Source: a virus (lineage: Duplodnaviria > Caudoviricetes). Taken from it: a stretch of DNA of 45,282 bases. Below are positions 18,082-27,504 of this stretch, piece after piece (within the stretch, counting starts at the first letter, position 1; every line of letters begins with the position of its first letter). The notes under the pieces were generated by a model. It was not told the DNA's origin and did no database searches. It saw only the letters and a program-made list of their open reading frames with translations. Where the stretch lies: the IMG/VR virus record IMGVR_UViG_3300033485_000635, positions 1 to 45,282 of that record; one strand, written 5' to 3'. The position numbers and the translations under genes are program-made.

Positions 18082-18106
18082 ATAAACCTTTTTTGAAAAG
18101 GTTTAT
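18082..18106. other. perfect 11-bp hairpin over the adaptor stop codon
   Basis: ATAAACCTTTT-TTG-AAAAGGTTTAT. Confidence 0.6.
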
Positions 18107-18651
18107 TCATCATCAGCGTCAGTATCAGCCGCATCCGGCGTTAGGCTGTCCGGGAACCTAAACATATCGCGGTGAAACTTGGGCTTTACCCTGTCACTGT
18201 CTTCCTCTACCGTAGACTTACCAGCTATACTGGTACCACCAACATATAGGTAGCCACCAGATGTGCCCCCACTAACACCAGTTGGAACTAAACCAGCATT
18301 ACTTAGGTCTTGACCTTCTAATCTTTCCAATCCATCCCAGAACATTTCATAAAATACCTGTCCGCGTGTACGCTCTCCTGGTGCAAGTGTAACATTAATA
18401 CGTGTCATCTCAGCGTGCGCCGCGGCATAAAGAGTATTAAGATTAGATAGCCAGTCATAGATAACGGCTGATTCAATTGGTGGGACTTCGTAACCCCATG
18501 ATTTTAGTCTTGTCTCTATAATACTACAGCCGCTAGATAAAAACCGCTCAACGCGCGCCAGGGTTGGTGAAGATGATGTACTGAAGTTATTCGCACCATC
18601 TAATAGATTCGCGCACAATCCAGCTACCGCATCCGGTGTTCCATATGCCAT
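18103..18651 (-). CDS. head-tail adaptor (gp6/gp15 or Mu gp36-like)
   Basis: MAYGTPDAV start; PT...VE.F.......IE.RL...GY.VP; size and position before the neck genes. Confidence 0.75.
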   Translation of the reverse strand: MAYGTPDAVAGLCANLLDGANNFSTSSSPTLARVERFLSSGCSIIETRLKSWGYEVPPIESAVIYDWLSNLNTLYAAAHAEMTRINVTLAPGERTRGQVFYEMFWDGLERLEGQDLSNAGLVPTGVSGGTSGGYLYVGGTSIAGKSTVEEDSDRVKPKFHRDMFRFPDSLTPDAADTDADDE

Positions 18652-18663
18652 ATTATACCTCTT

Positions 18664-19449
18664 TTAGCTAGCAGCCCTTGTTACATCATCCTCTACTTCT
18701 AGAAAGCTTTCAGTTAGGGTGTTCACACAACCACTAGTACGCTTAACCTGAACATCATAGAAATAGCTTGGATAGATATCTAGATTTCTGGCCTCAATAG
18801 CGGCTAACGTAATTGTAATATTGCCAGAAGCCGCACTATCAATTGTAATTGCACCATTTGATGTTGCTATTGGCGAAGACCCGTTAACATACATTAGACC
18901 ACTACCAGCTGATAGCATTAATTGAGAATCGGAATCGGATTCCGCTTTATGTCTTTTAGCAGTAAACCATAGTTCACTATAGTCACTAATATCACCTAGG
19001 CCAGTAATTGACACGACTTGACTATCACCACGCCGCATAGTAATTTTACCGACACCACCTACGATAGTGTTCAGTATAGATTCGGCTGACTGAGTTAATG
19101 TACGAGTACTATAAGACCAAACTGATTCTGGATTGAGAGTAGATAATGATATCTCTGCCGTACCGCTCCACTCCAACCAGCCTGTACCTAGTAGCGTGTC
19201 AGTTGTCGCCGGACTTGCGCCAGCCTGCTTATAGGCGTAATACGAGTATACTCCCGCCGTACTCGTTGGCATGGTTGCCAGGTAGATACCCTTCGTGCCG
19301 GCCTCGGTCATGGCAATGTCACAATCCGTCCACGTCGCGCCGGCCAGCGCCGCGAACGCCGCGCCCGTCCATACCTGGCCAGTGCTATTGAGAAGCACGG
19401 CGTAGACGGTCAGGCCGGTGGTTGCATAGGTGTGCAGTTCGTTTGCCAT
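18664..19449 (-). CDS. virion fibre/decoration protein with BppU-like C-terminal domain
   Basis: ITMRRGDS...WFTAK...GNITITL...YFYDVQV; paralogous to 20309..21397. Confidence 0.6.
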   Translation of the reverse strand: MANELHTYATTGLTVYAVLLNSTGQVWTGAAFAALAGATWTDCDIAMTEAGTKGIYLATMPTSTAGVYSYYAYKQAGASPATTDTLLGTGWLEWSGTAEISLSTLNPESVWSYSTRTLTQSAESILNTIVGGVGKITMRRGDSQVVSITGLGDISDYSELWFTAKRHKAESDSDSQLMLSAGSGLMYVNGSSPIATSNGAITIDSAASGNITITLAAIEARNLDIYPSYFYDVQVKRTSGCVNTLTESFLEVEDDVTRAAS

Positions 19450-19450
19450 G

Positions 19451-20290
19451 TTAGACTGTAGTTCCGCTATTGGCTATACCGATGATATACGCCGTTCCCG
19501 AACTCGGTGCGCTAGTAAATTGATAATTCGCATCCCATTCTGCAACATCATCTATGACCAATAATGTTGCGTAATCATCGCTATCTCCCGATCCCTCCCA
19601 CAGTGCTATAATCAGTGTCCAATAGTAACTCTCACCTGGCTCTACTCGGCCTGCCATGCCGGTTGCAGTCTTGATGTCTGTCCAGGCATTTGCTGCCACA
19701 GACCAATCGGCATTGACTGAAATAGTTGTGAATGGTGGACGTGTTTGCCAATCTGCTCCGCCAGAACCGTCAGCTGTAAGAACTTGCAAAGATAACGCAA
19801 GATCATCAGGAGATGTTACAGAGGGTGCTGGTGGTGTATTTCCACCTTCATCGTCAACGTACCATACGGTACATAAATCTGGCGTAGCTACATCATCAAG
19901 TGCGAAATAATAAGTCAGCTCAGTATCCCAAATCATCCATATCGAGTTATCGTTACTCCAGATGATTGCTTCATTTGTACCACCTACTAAAGAATATGCC
20001 GTCTTTCCGTCGTTTGTTCCATTGGTGACGTATGTACCATTGAATAGTGGTGCTCCCGCACCAGACACTACTATTGATCCGGTTATAGAGTCACAAGATT
20101 TCAGATGATTAGCATTAAATGTTCCCCCATCACCGATATCACCGCTATGGTCATGGTCGCTTAGTGCTCCACCTGCCGCCGCTTCCCACGCCGCATTGCC
20201 CGCGCCGTCTGCCGTCAATACCTGGCCGTCGGTGGCTGATTCACTGTCTATGTTCGCCGCTCTGACTGTCTGTGGTTTGAAGTAGGCCAT
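19451..20290 (-). CDS. virion fibre protein (mosaic)
   Basis: Two QVLTADGxGxAxW repeats and an HDH motif; located in the structural block. Confidence 0.6.
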   Translation of the reverse strand: MAYFKPQTVRAANIDSESATDGQVLTADGAGNAAWEAAAGGALSDHDHSGDIGDGGTFNANHLKSCDSITGSIVVSGAGAPLFNGTYVTNGTNDGKTAYSLVGGTNEAIIWSNDNSIWMIWDTELTYYFALDDVATPDLCTVWYVDDEGGNTPPAPSVTSPDDLALSLQVLTADGSGGADWQTRPPFTTISVNADWSVAANAWTDIKTATGMAGRVEPGESYYWTLIIALWEGSGDSDDYATLLVIDDVAEWDANYQFTSAPSSGTAYIIGIANSGTTV

Positions 20291-20308
20291 TAGCTATATG
20301 TCCTTATA

Positions 20309-21397
20309 CTAACCTACAGTATGAGTTACATCATCCGTAACTTCCAACATATTCTCAGTCAATGTATTAATACTGCTACTAGTGCGCTTGACCTGAACAT
20401 CATAGAAGTAACTAGGATAAGCAACCAAATTAGCAGTTTCGGGAGCTCCCAGCGTTATTGTAATATTGCCAGAAGCCGCACTATTAACAGCAATTGCACC
20501 ATTAGATACTAATATCGGAGCAGTGCCATTGATGTAATGCAGACCACTACCTTCAGAAATCATAATCTGTGCTTGTATATCAGACTGACCTTTGTGCTTC
20601 TTAGCCGTGAACCATAGCTCACTACGATCACTGATGTCTCCCAGACCAGTAATAGAGACCGATTGACTATCGCCGCGCCGCAGGGTAATCTTGCCAGTAC
20701 CATTTACAATAGTATCTACTACAGATTGAGCAGTTTGGGTCAGTGTACGTGAGCCATAAGACCATACTGCCGAAGCAGTTGCTGATATAGCATCATCATC
20801 GAATGTACAAGCAGAAATAGCCGATGCAGTTAGTGTACGAGTCGTATAAGCCCATACATCAGATGCGGCAGCGCCAGCCGCAGGTAGACTAGCTGATATT
20901 TCACCTAGTGCTGAACCTGACAGTCCAAACTCAGTCTTATCGGTCAGCGAGCGCGTAGCATAGACCCAAACGCCACAAGCTGTAGCAACGCTAGCTGCAA
21001 TTTCACCAAGCGCTGAACCAGATAAACTAACTGACCCTACAACACTGGCTGTAGTTGCATCGAATATCTCAGTTTTTACATCAGCTAAGGTATCTCCGGT
21101 TAGCCCTTGAACGTATACCCTTATCAAGTCATCCGGGGTAACCGGAATGACGGTTGTAGTAAGCAGCGCGGTGCAGGTTGATGAGGCTAGTGATATAACA
21201 GATGTAGGGGACTGATAAGCAGTACCTAGACCATCGATTTGCTTGGTTATACAAGCACGATAGGCACCATTACCAGCTAGGCTCTCCATGTAGACATTAG
21301 CTAGTACCTCACGGTTCTGGCCGGATGAGTACGACGCGGCCATCAGTGGACTACTGATATCCTGATTAGTCAAGGTGGTTATACTTAGAGATTCCAT
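20309..21397 (-). CDS. virion fibre/decoration protein with three VWxYxxR[TS]LT repeats and BppU-like C-terminal domain
   Basis: C-terminal ~150 aa closely resembles that of 18664..19449. Confidence 0.6.
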   Translation of the reverse strand: MESLSITTLTNQDISSPLMAASYSSGQNREVLANVYMESLAGNGAYRACITKQIDGLGTAYQSPTSVISLASSTCTALLTTTVIPVTPDDLIRVYVQGLTGDTLADVKTEIFDATTASVVGSVSLSGSALGEIAASVATACGVWVYATRSLTDKTEFGLSGSALGEISASLPAAGAAASDVWAYTTRTLTASAISACTFDDDAISATASAVWSYGSRTLTQTAQSVVDTIVNGTGKITLRRGDSQSVSITGLGDISDRSELWFTAKKHKGQSDIQAQIMISEGSGLHYINGTAPILVSNGAIAVNSAASGNITITLGAPETANLVAYPSYFYDVQVKRTSSSINTLTENMLEVTDDVTHTVG

Positions 21398-21423
21398 AGT
21401 CTACACCTGTTGTATTGTACTAA

Positions 21424-21957
21424 TTAACTATCATAATAGCAAGTCCAGCCCCTATCGGTAAGACTCTGACGGGCTGACGCACTAGATGCAGTAGGTACCG
21501 AGTTATTGCGTAGGTCTAGAATACCGCTAGCTGTACTAAGAGCATCTAAGTCTATGATTATGTTATCTACATCCGAAGCAGCCATATCATTACCGGATAG
21601 ATCGACATTAGTTAGAACTGTGCCACCGATACAGGCTGTAGTGACATTGGCGTCGGTAAAGCTTATAGAGGATAGGCTGGTTGCCCCAGACGCTGTTATA
21701 GTTTCTAGGTATGGGAGACCCGTAGCACATAGTGATGTGTACCAGGTTGGCTGGGCATCTGCTAGGTTCTGAATGTCTATATAATGAATCATGCATGGGT
21801 CGCAGTATATTTTGACTACTGCGGCTGATCCTACTGTGCAAGCATACTCATGGCTCAGGGTGAAGAGGACATTACTGCCTGTTACGCAGCCTGTTATCGT
21901 TTCTACAGCTTGGTCGTATGGATCGTTCCAATCGACGTGTATCTTGTAGTCACTCAT
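21424..21957 (-). CDS. short leucine-rich-repeat-like virion protein
   Basis: LTNVDLSGNDM..SDVDNIIIDL....GILDLRNNSVP....RGW cap. Confidence 0.55.
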   Translation of the reverse strand: MSDYKIHVDWNDPYDQAVETITGCVTGSNVLFTLSHEYACTVGSAAVVKIYCDPCMIHYIDIQNLADAQPTWYTSLCATGLPYLETITASGATSLSSISFTDANVTTACIGGTVLTNVDLSGNDMAASDVDNIIIDLDALSTASGILDLRNNSVPTASSASARQSLTDRGWTCYYDS

Positions 21958-21959
21958 GG

Positions 21960-24164
21960 TCAGCTATCCGATCGTAGGGTTGCTGTTATCAAGCCCGTTG
22001 GTAAGTCTAGGCCATTACCATCATTATATAGCGCGTCGCGCTCACTGGCACTAAATATGCAGTTCCAGAGACGCACTGGACCGATTGCGCCGTCAAAGTA
22101 GCCCACTCCGCTGTTGCCGCCCCAGCCTAGGTATAGTGGCTGACTATCGGTTGGCGCGAATGTAACCATGTCGGTATTGGGATTATCGACCATGGATTGG
22201 TCGTCTACCTGTAAGTACATGCGACTGGCGCTTTCATCGTACCAACTTAGTAAGTGGTGCCAGTCAAATATGCCACAGCCAGTAGAGATAGCGTTGTTAC
22301 TATCGACGTATTGTGTGCTGGCTGATTCATGGATATTCCAACGTACCTTGGCGGTTGGGAGGAGTTCTAGAGACCAGTTGTTGTTATGGGATATAATGGT
22401 AGCTGTATCGCCTGTAGCTGGTGAGGATGAAGGTTGTATCCAGGCTTCTACTGTAAAGTCACTAGAAGCACTGAGCTGGATAGTGCTTGCGCTGCTGGCA
22501 CTATGATATTGAGATGCCGAAGTATTATAGCAAACCGCAGAGTCATATAATTTCCCCATTCTAGAGCCAGAATTACCACCAGTTGGTAATATATCAGTAC
22601 TTCCTATGTCATCATAAATAGTTCCATAAACTCCTTCGTTACACCCCCAAAAAGCAATAGGTGAAGCTGTAAATGATTCCATAACTTCGCCAGTTATCGC
22701 AGGAACTTCTGGGTCACTTTGAAAGCTTTCGCTAGTTAGACCAGACCCGCTATTCCATAAGGCATAAATCTGCTCGGAGTTGAGTACTCTATCCCATATT
22801 CTCACCGGACCTATTCTACCAATAAAAAAGTTCTTTACTGGGCCAATATCACGTATGAGATCGCTATTATCACAACCTAAATGAAAGTATTCATACCCTG
22901 TTGCTCCTGCCGGGAATTCTATAGCATGAAAGTACACATTGCTGTAGTCAACATGCATACGCGCTTCAGCATAAAATGAATCCCAAGTAATCACAATTTG
23001 ATGCCATTCATTTAGACTTATCGAGTCGCTATAGATACGTCTTGGATATTCTACTGGTACTCCTTGAACAATTTCTATATTATAACAAATCTGCATCCCG
23101 TTTATCAAAGATAGCTTATAGTCCTCACCAAAACTCCAAATACAATATTCCTCTCCAGCTGGCGGATCATTAGTAGGATAAATCCAACATTCTAGTGCGC
23201 GTATATAGTACTGCGCTAAATAAGAACGAGCACTAAAATAATAGAAATATTGACTACCATTGAATAAACGAGATATAACATATATTTTCCCATCTGTGCT
23301 GCTTGGACTACCTTCATCTTCAGGGGTAAGATCAAATAGTCCATAGCTACTATAATCTATAATTGGCCCTGATACCTCATCACAATTCCATGAAGCATGC
23401 AAATCAGGACCAGCTAGTCCATTATAGTCATAAAGCACATCCCACCCTCTGTTGATTAATAGAGTGATATTACTAACTCCAGAAGAACTTGGCGGCGAAT
23501 TACTATCAACGCGTAGCACGTAATTATACGTAGGACCAGGACGATGAAGTCCCATATCAACAATAGTAGCAATAACCTCATCTATAAATGTCGCGCTAAG
23601 CCAATTATGATCAATATGTAGAACTTGCAATTTGGTCAGTACACTATATCCCTCACCATACATGTTCAATACAACAAGATTATTATAAGAAAGGTATGCT
23701 GCCGCAAGATTTACAGCATTGCGTATATCTACAACAGATATTCGGGTTCCTTCAGTTAATAATCCAGAAACATATTTTGCAGAATCACTAGAAAGAATAA
23801 AACTAGATATATATTCAAGGTCTCCGGTTACCGCAACAGCATATTTAGCTTGTATAGCACATATATGATCTATATCAAATACATAAGTTTGATATGCTTC
23901 ATTCCAAACACCCTCAAATCCAACATTACTCCATTCAATTTCAGGACCACCAATTATCATAGTATAAACATTCAGTTTGGGACTTCCACTACCAGCAATT
24001 CCACCACGTAGCTCTAGATGTAATCTTGGTATTCCCTCAGCATTAGTAAGGTTAAGAGTAATGGCAGAGTCTTCAGCTGTAGCAGATATTTCCGCACTAT
24101 CAGTAATAACTCCACCAACTGGACTAGCAAATACCACAGAATCTACAATATCAGCAACCGTCAT
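21960..24164 (-). CDS. LRR-like plus two LamG/ConA-like lectin domains, virion protein
   Basis: LRR stretch (LSYNNL, LHIDHNWL, RGW cap); two LamG units ending F.G.IGPVR.W...L/F...E...LWN/LYN.G.G. Confidence 0.75.
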   Translation of the reverse strand: MTVADIVDSVVFASPVGGVITDSAEISATAEDSAITLNLTNAEGIPRLHLELRGGIAGSGSPKLNVYTMIIGGPEIEWSNVGFEGVWNEAYQTYVFDIDHICAIQAKYAVAVTGDLEYISSFILSSDSAKYVSGLLTEGTRISVVDIRNAVNLAAAYLSYNNLVVLNMYGEGYSVLTKLQVLHIDHNWLSATFIDEVIATIVDMGLHRPGPTYNYVLRVDSNSPPSSSGVSNITLLINRGWDVLYDYNGLAGPDLHASWNCDEVSGPIIDYSSYGLFDLTPEDEGSPSSTDGKIYVISRLFNGSQYFYYFSARSYLAQYYIRALECWIYPTNDPPAGEEYCIWSFGEDYKLSLINGMQICYNIEIVQGVPVEYPRRIYSDSISLNEWHQIVITWDSFYAEARMHVDYSNVYFHAIEFPAGATGYEYFHLGCDNSDLIRDIGPVKNFFIGRIGPVRIWDRVLNSEQIYALWNSGSGLTSESFQSDPEVPAITGEVMESFTASPIAFWGCNEGVYGTIYDDIGSTDILPTGGNSGSRMGKLYDSAVCYNTSASQYHSASSASTIQLSASSDFTVEAWIQPSSSPATGDTATIISHNNNWSLELLPTAKVRWNIHESASTQYVDSNNAISTGCGIFDWHHLLSWYDESASRMYLQVDDQSMVDNPNTDMVTFAPTDSQPLYLGWGGNSGVGYFDGAIGPVRLWNCIFSASERDALYNDGNGLDLPTGLITATLRSDS

Positions 24165-24643
24165 GGCAGCACCATTGGTCCAACATCAGCACTGGTCTTC
24201 GGGTAAGCTGTTGAGTTGTCAAACGTACTGGCTGTGATTGTACTGTTCGACAAACACGCCGACATTACACTACCGCCGGTTATAGTACGCGCTGCATATG
24301 TCCACATGCCTGACGCTGTCGCATCAGGCGCTAACGATCTAAAGCCGTAGCTTATGCCACCGGTATCACTGTTAACAGTTGCTTCAATATACACCGTATA
24401 AGTCTTACTGCTCTCAAAGCCGTTGCTCGCTGAACAGTCTACTTTCTCAGTATAGAAGCCGGTTGTATTACCATCATCCAGTTTAGCGAGACAGCCGGAT
24501 AGAATCGCGGTGACTGTTTCGTCTTCATATATGCGATATGTCGGGCTGTCATCAGCATCCGTTAGCGCGGCAGTAGCTGGATTATGTGTACATATCGAGA
24601 ATGTCAGATAAGAGCCTAAGTAAACTTCAGTTTGACAACCCAT
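24161..24643 (-). CDS. hypothetical virion protein
   Basis: DADDSPTYRIYEDET, TTGFY, MWTYAARTIT; coupled to its neighbours. Confidence 0.6.
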   Translation of the reverse strand: MGCQTEVYLGSYLTFSICTHNPATAALTDADDSPTYRIYEDETVTAILSGCLAKLDDGNTTGFYTEKVDCSASNGFESSKTYTVYIEATVNSDTGGISYGFRSLAPDATASGMWTYAARTITGGSVMSACLSNSTITASTFDNSTAYPKTSADVGPMVLP

Positions 24644-24645
24644 AG

Positions 24646-26382
24646 TTACCTACCTTTAGCCAAATCGCGCAGCATATCATTGAACTTGCCCTTAGTGTAC
24701 CATGGCGCGACTTCTTCGGCTTCGGTCCAGCCCTCAGTATAGCGCTGGTTACGAAATTGATCTTTACTCCAGCGCGTAGGAGATGCATTCTTATCATGGC
24801 GCACGTCCAGATTAGGGTATACTGAATCGTATTGATCGTGCCAGTAATCATCTACGCGCTCAGGGCGATGGTGCGTACCGGGTTCAAAGCCTATACGCAG
24901 CGACCAGCCGTTTTTCTCGACCAGCGCGACGCGCTTGCGGTAATGCTCTAGTAAGAGGTCGCGGCTAGCACACAAGCCGGATACCGCGCGCGCTTGGCTT
25001 ACTCGTACAGCGTGACCGTCTGTCGCGCGTACCCACCATGCATTCCCGTTATAGTAGAACAGGTCTTTGCTGGGTGGTGTAAAATCAAAGTGCGACGGAT
25101 GATATAGCACGTCATGCTCACATAGAAAGATTATATCGGCTGAGCTGGCTTCTATACCCGCTAGCTGCTGCCGAAACATTGTCAATATACTACGCTCTAA
25201 TTGTAACACAATATTACTACCAAAGTCAATAGGTTGTAGAGATATTGTGATTAGTTCGTAATCTTTTCGTGCGATATTTAGCTGGTTTTGACAAGCACGC
25301 ATAATGAGAGGATCGAGGCAATTATCGGTATAATACACTATACCCTTAGTTGGCGCTATGGGCTGTGATTCAGCTGGTTCGGCATAGTATGGACTGGGCG
25401 CTTCAAGCTGGGCAACTATATTCAGTGATTTAGATTCACGTTCAATAAGCTGCACAAGGTCTGCGTCAGTCCAGCCTTTGACTGGCCAGAACTTCTTGAC
25501 CAGCCATGATAGAGGATGTATAGCCTTGGGCCACTTGTTGTCAAAGAATAGTTCGCGCGCGTGTTTCTTGGCGTTCTCGACCTGATGGCCGCTGATGGGA
25601 TAGGGAAAGCCAAAATCACCCCCTTGCGTTCGAAAGCAGTGGGCATAGTAAGTGCGATGGTTGACTATCACACGACCACCGGATAGCCATGTCTTGCAGG
25701 CTACCTCGATGCCCTGTGAGCCCCAGCTACCAAAATTCTCCTCGCAAACATCCAACTCCCAGTACTTTTCACGTGTTAGCATCCAGCATGAGCCTTGCAG
25801 GGACATAGTCTCAGTAAGATCACCTTTGTATTCAGGGCGCTTTTTGTACTCATTAAAGTATTGGAAGTGGGGCTCTGAATCAAAGCAGTATGACACACTT
25901 TGTGGATTGTTCTTGGCGATCCATACAACATCCTGACGGGTAGGCTTGCCGCATTCCTTACAAAGACCACTCGGTCCTTGATAGCGCGTATGTCCATCGG
26001 GACAGACCCAATTGAAGACGTGCAGATTACGCATGACGGGCACCATAGTCCAGTCATCATGACCGCGCATATCTTCAATCATAATACGATCAAAGCCCTG
26101 CGCGAATGAACAGTGAGCATCACATTTCATAACATACTTGGCAGTTGACTGCTGACAGGCTAGATTAGTAGCCGCGCGCTGGCCTATGGATTGTTCCAAT
26201 TGGATGATTCTGACGCGCGGATCAGTAGGGATAGCAGGGTCTAGCGCGCCACCGTCGATTACGGCAATGATTTCTGTATCCGCTTCGCTGTGATCTAGGA
26301 TATCTTGGATAGTATTGGGCAAGAAGGCTTCATTGCGACTTGGAATTAATACGGAGAGCATAGGTATTGACAAATCAGACAT
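24646..26382 (-). CDS. bifunctional glycosyltransferase: ppGalNAc-T-like GT-A domain (with Zn-ribbon insert) plus a second GT-A domain
   Basis: Likely start ATG 26382. LSVLIPSRNE, MKCDAHC (DxH), CPDGH..CKEC, QGSCW, WGSQGIEVACKTWLSGG...YAHCFR; second domain KGIVYYTDN...IIFLCEHDVLYHPSHF. Confidence 0.85.
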   Translation of the reverse strand: MSDLSIPMLSVLIPSRNEAFLPNTIQDILDHSEADTEIIAVIDGGALDPAIPTDPRVRIIQLEQSIGQRAATNLACQQSTAKYVMKCDAHCSFAQGFDRIMIEDMRGHDDWTMVPVMRNLHVFNWVCPDGHTRYQGPSGLCKECGKPTRQDVVWIAKNNPQSVSYCFDSEPHFQYFNEYKKRPEYKGDLTETMSLQGSCWMLTREKYWELDVCEENFGSWGSQGIEVACKTWLSGGRVIVNHRTYYAHCFRTQGGDFGFPYPISGHQVENAKKHARELFFDNKWPKAIHPLSWLVKKFWPVKGWTDADLVQLIERESKSLNIVAQLEAPSPYYAEPAESQPIAPTKGIVYYTDNCLDPLIMRACQNQLNIARKDYELITISLQPIDFGSNIVLQLERSILTMFRQQLAGIEASSADIIFLCEHDVLYHPSHFDFTPPSKDLFYYNGNAWWVRATDGHAVRVSQARAVSGLCASRDLLLEHYRKRVALVEKNGWSLRIGFEPGTHHRPERVDDYWHDQYDSVYPNLDVRHDKNASPTRWSKDQFRNQRYTEGWTEAEEVAPWYTKGKFNDMLRDLAKGR

Positions 26383-26396
26383 GTTTATGATACACT
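26367..26396 (+). promoter_or_regulatory. sigma70-like promoter for the lone plus-strand gene
   Basis: TTGACA-18 nt-TACACT with TG extended -10; overlaps the likely start codon of the minus-strand GT. Confidence 0.6.
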
Positions 26397-26450
26397 TTCT
26401 ATATGAGCAAACGAAATTATTATGTTCCCAAAAGGAAAGGACTTCTTCGT

Positions 26451-26681
26451 ATGAATATCCCATCTGTTAGTCCAACTAGTGCCAGCGGTAGCATGAGTTT
26501 CTCGGAGGCGATCAAGTATACGCTTATTAACAAGCACATACATAAGCTTGAGTGGGGCGACCCGGAATACTATGGCGTGCTTGATGGCGGAACATTGAAG
26601 CTGCATAAACCGGACGGCTTGCTGTACCAGTGGATTCTGTCTACTGGTGACATCATGGGTGAGGACTGGACGGTACTGTAA
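26451..26681 (+). CDS. DUF2829 / Tad2-like small protein
   Basis: MSFSEAI......IHKLEW ... WILSTGDIMGEDWTVL matches the DUF2829 pattern; GAAAGGA SD before ATG 26451. Confidence 0.65.
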   Translation: MNIPSVSPTSASGSMSFSEAIKYTLINKHIHKLEWGDPEYYGVLDGGTLKLHKPDGLLYQWILSTGDIMGEDWTVL

Positions 26682-26682
26682 G

Positions 26683-27504
26683 TTAGACATCAATCAGTGG
26701 CCTTACATTAGAGTTGCATGGCCTACAAAGAGGTAGGTCGGTAAACTCTAAGCGCGCGTGCTTGTCCCGTAGCCATGCACTGCTGGTCCAGATGTCAGAC
26801 AGGGATTGCTGGTTGAGATCGCCTAGGATTACCTGACCATTGTAGTCCATGCAGCAGAGGCATACCCTACCGTCCCAGAGAATAGTGATATTATGTCTGA
26901 TATCGTGACAGGGTATCTTTCTGCCGTGAGACTCAAGAGAGTCGTGCCTAGCACCAGCCCAATTCCTGAAGTTGACACCCCTGGCTCTTTTACCCCATGT
27001 CTTGCGATGCAATTCCATATCAGCCATAGTATCTTCGGTTTCTACCATGCCGATTCGTACCTTGAACGGTGGATGTCTGCTAAGTAGATAATGGATATTA
27101 GCTGCGGTTGTGGCAAAGTCGGGACCACGGACTACCTTAGCGTAGGTTTCCTGAGTGGCCGCGTTGATACTACAGTAGACATAGCGAATCATCTTGTTGC
27201 GCACCAACCTATCGACTTTCTCCTTACTCAATAGGCTGGCATTAGTGAACAAATGAATTGAGACCTCTTGTTGCTCCATGTAGTCTAGCCATTCGAAGAT
27301 ACGCGGGAATGCGAATGGTTCGCCGTTTAGAAACGGGACAAAGTTAGCGTATGGGTTAGCTTGCTTGCCCTCAGCGATGATCTTATGAAATAGGTCGTCA
27401 CTCATTGTACCATGCGCGCGCGTCATGTCCGATCTAGGGCAGAATATACAGTTGGCGTTGCAAGCCGTTGATGATTCAAACTGGATATTTCTAATTGGCA
27501 GCAT
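26683..27504 (-). CDS. radical SAM protein with SPASM/twitch domain
   Basis: CNANCIFC (CxxxCxxC), NGEP, FTNA; IPC...ITILWDGRVCLCC.DY....LGDL...LCRPC. Likely start ATG 27504. Confidence 0.9.
   Translation of the reverse strand: MLPIRNIQFESSTACNANCIFCPRSDMTRAHGTMSDDLFHKIIAEGKQANPYANFVPFLNGEPFAFPRIFEWLDYMEQQEVSIHLFTNASLLSKEKVDRLVRNKMIRYVYCSINAATQETYAKVVRGPDFATTAANIHYLLSRHPPFKVRIGMVETEDTMADMELHRKTWGKRARGVNFRNWAGARHDSLESHGRKIPCHDIRHNITILWDGRVCLCCMDYNGQVILGDLNQQSLSDIWTSSAWLRDKHARLEFTDLPLCRPCNSNVRPLIDV

Noticed and set aside
18664-21397. Diversity-generating retroelement (TR/VR pair)
   Set aside because: Both copies are coding paralogues, the differences are not confined to adenines, and no reverse transcriptase is present in the window.
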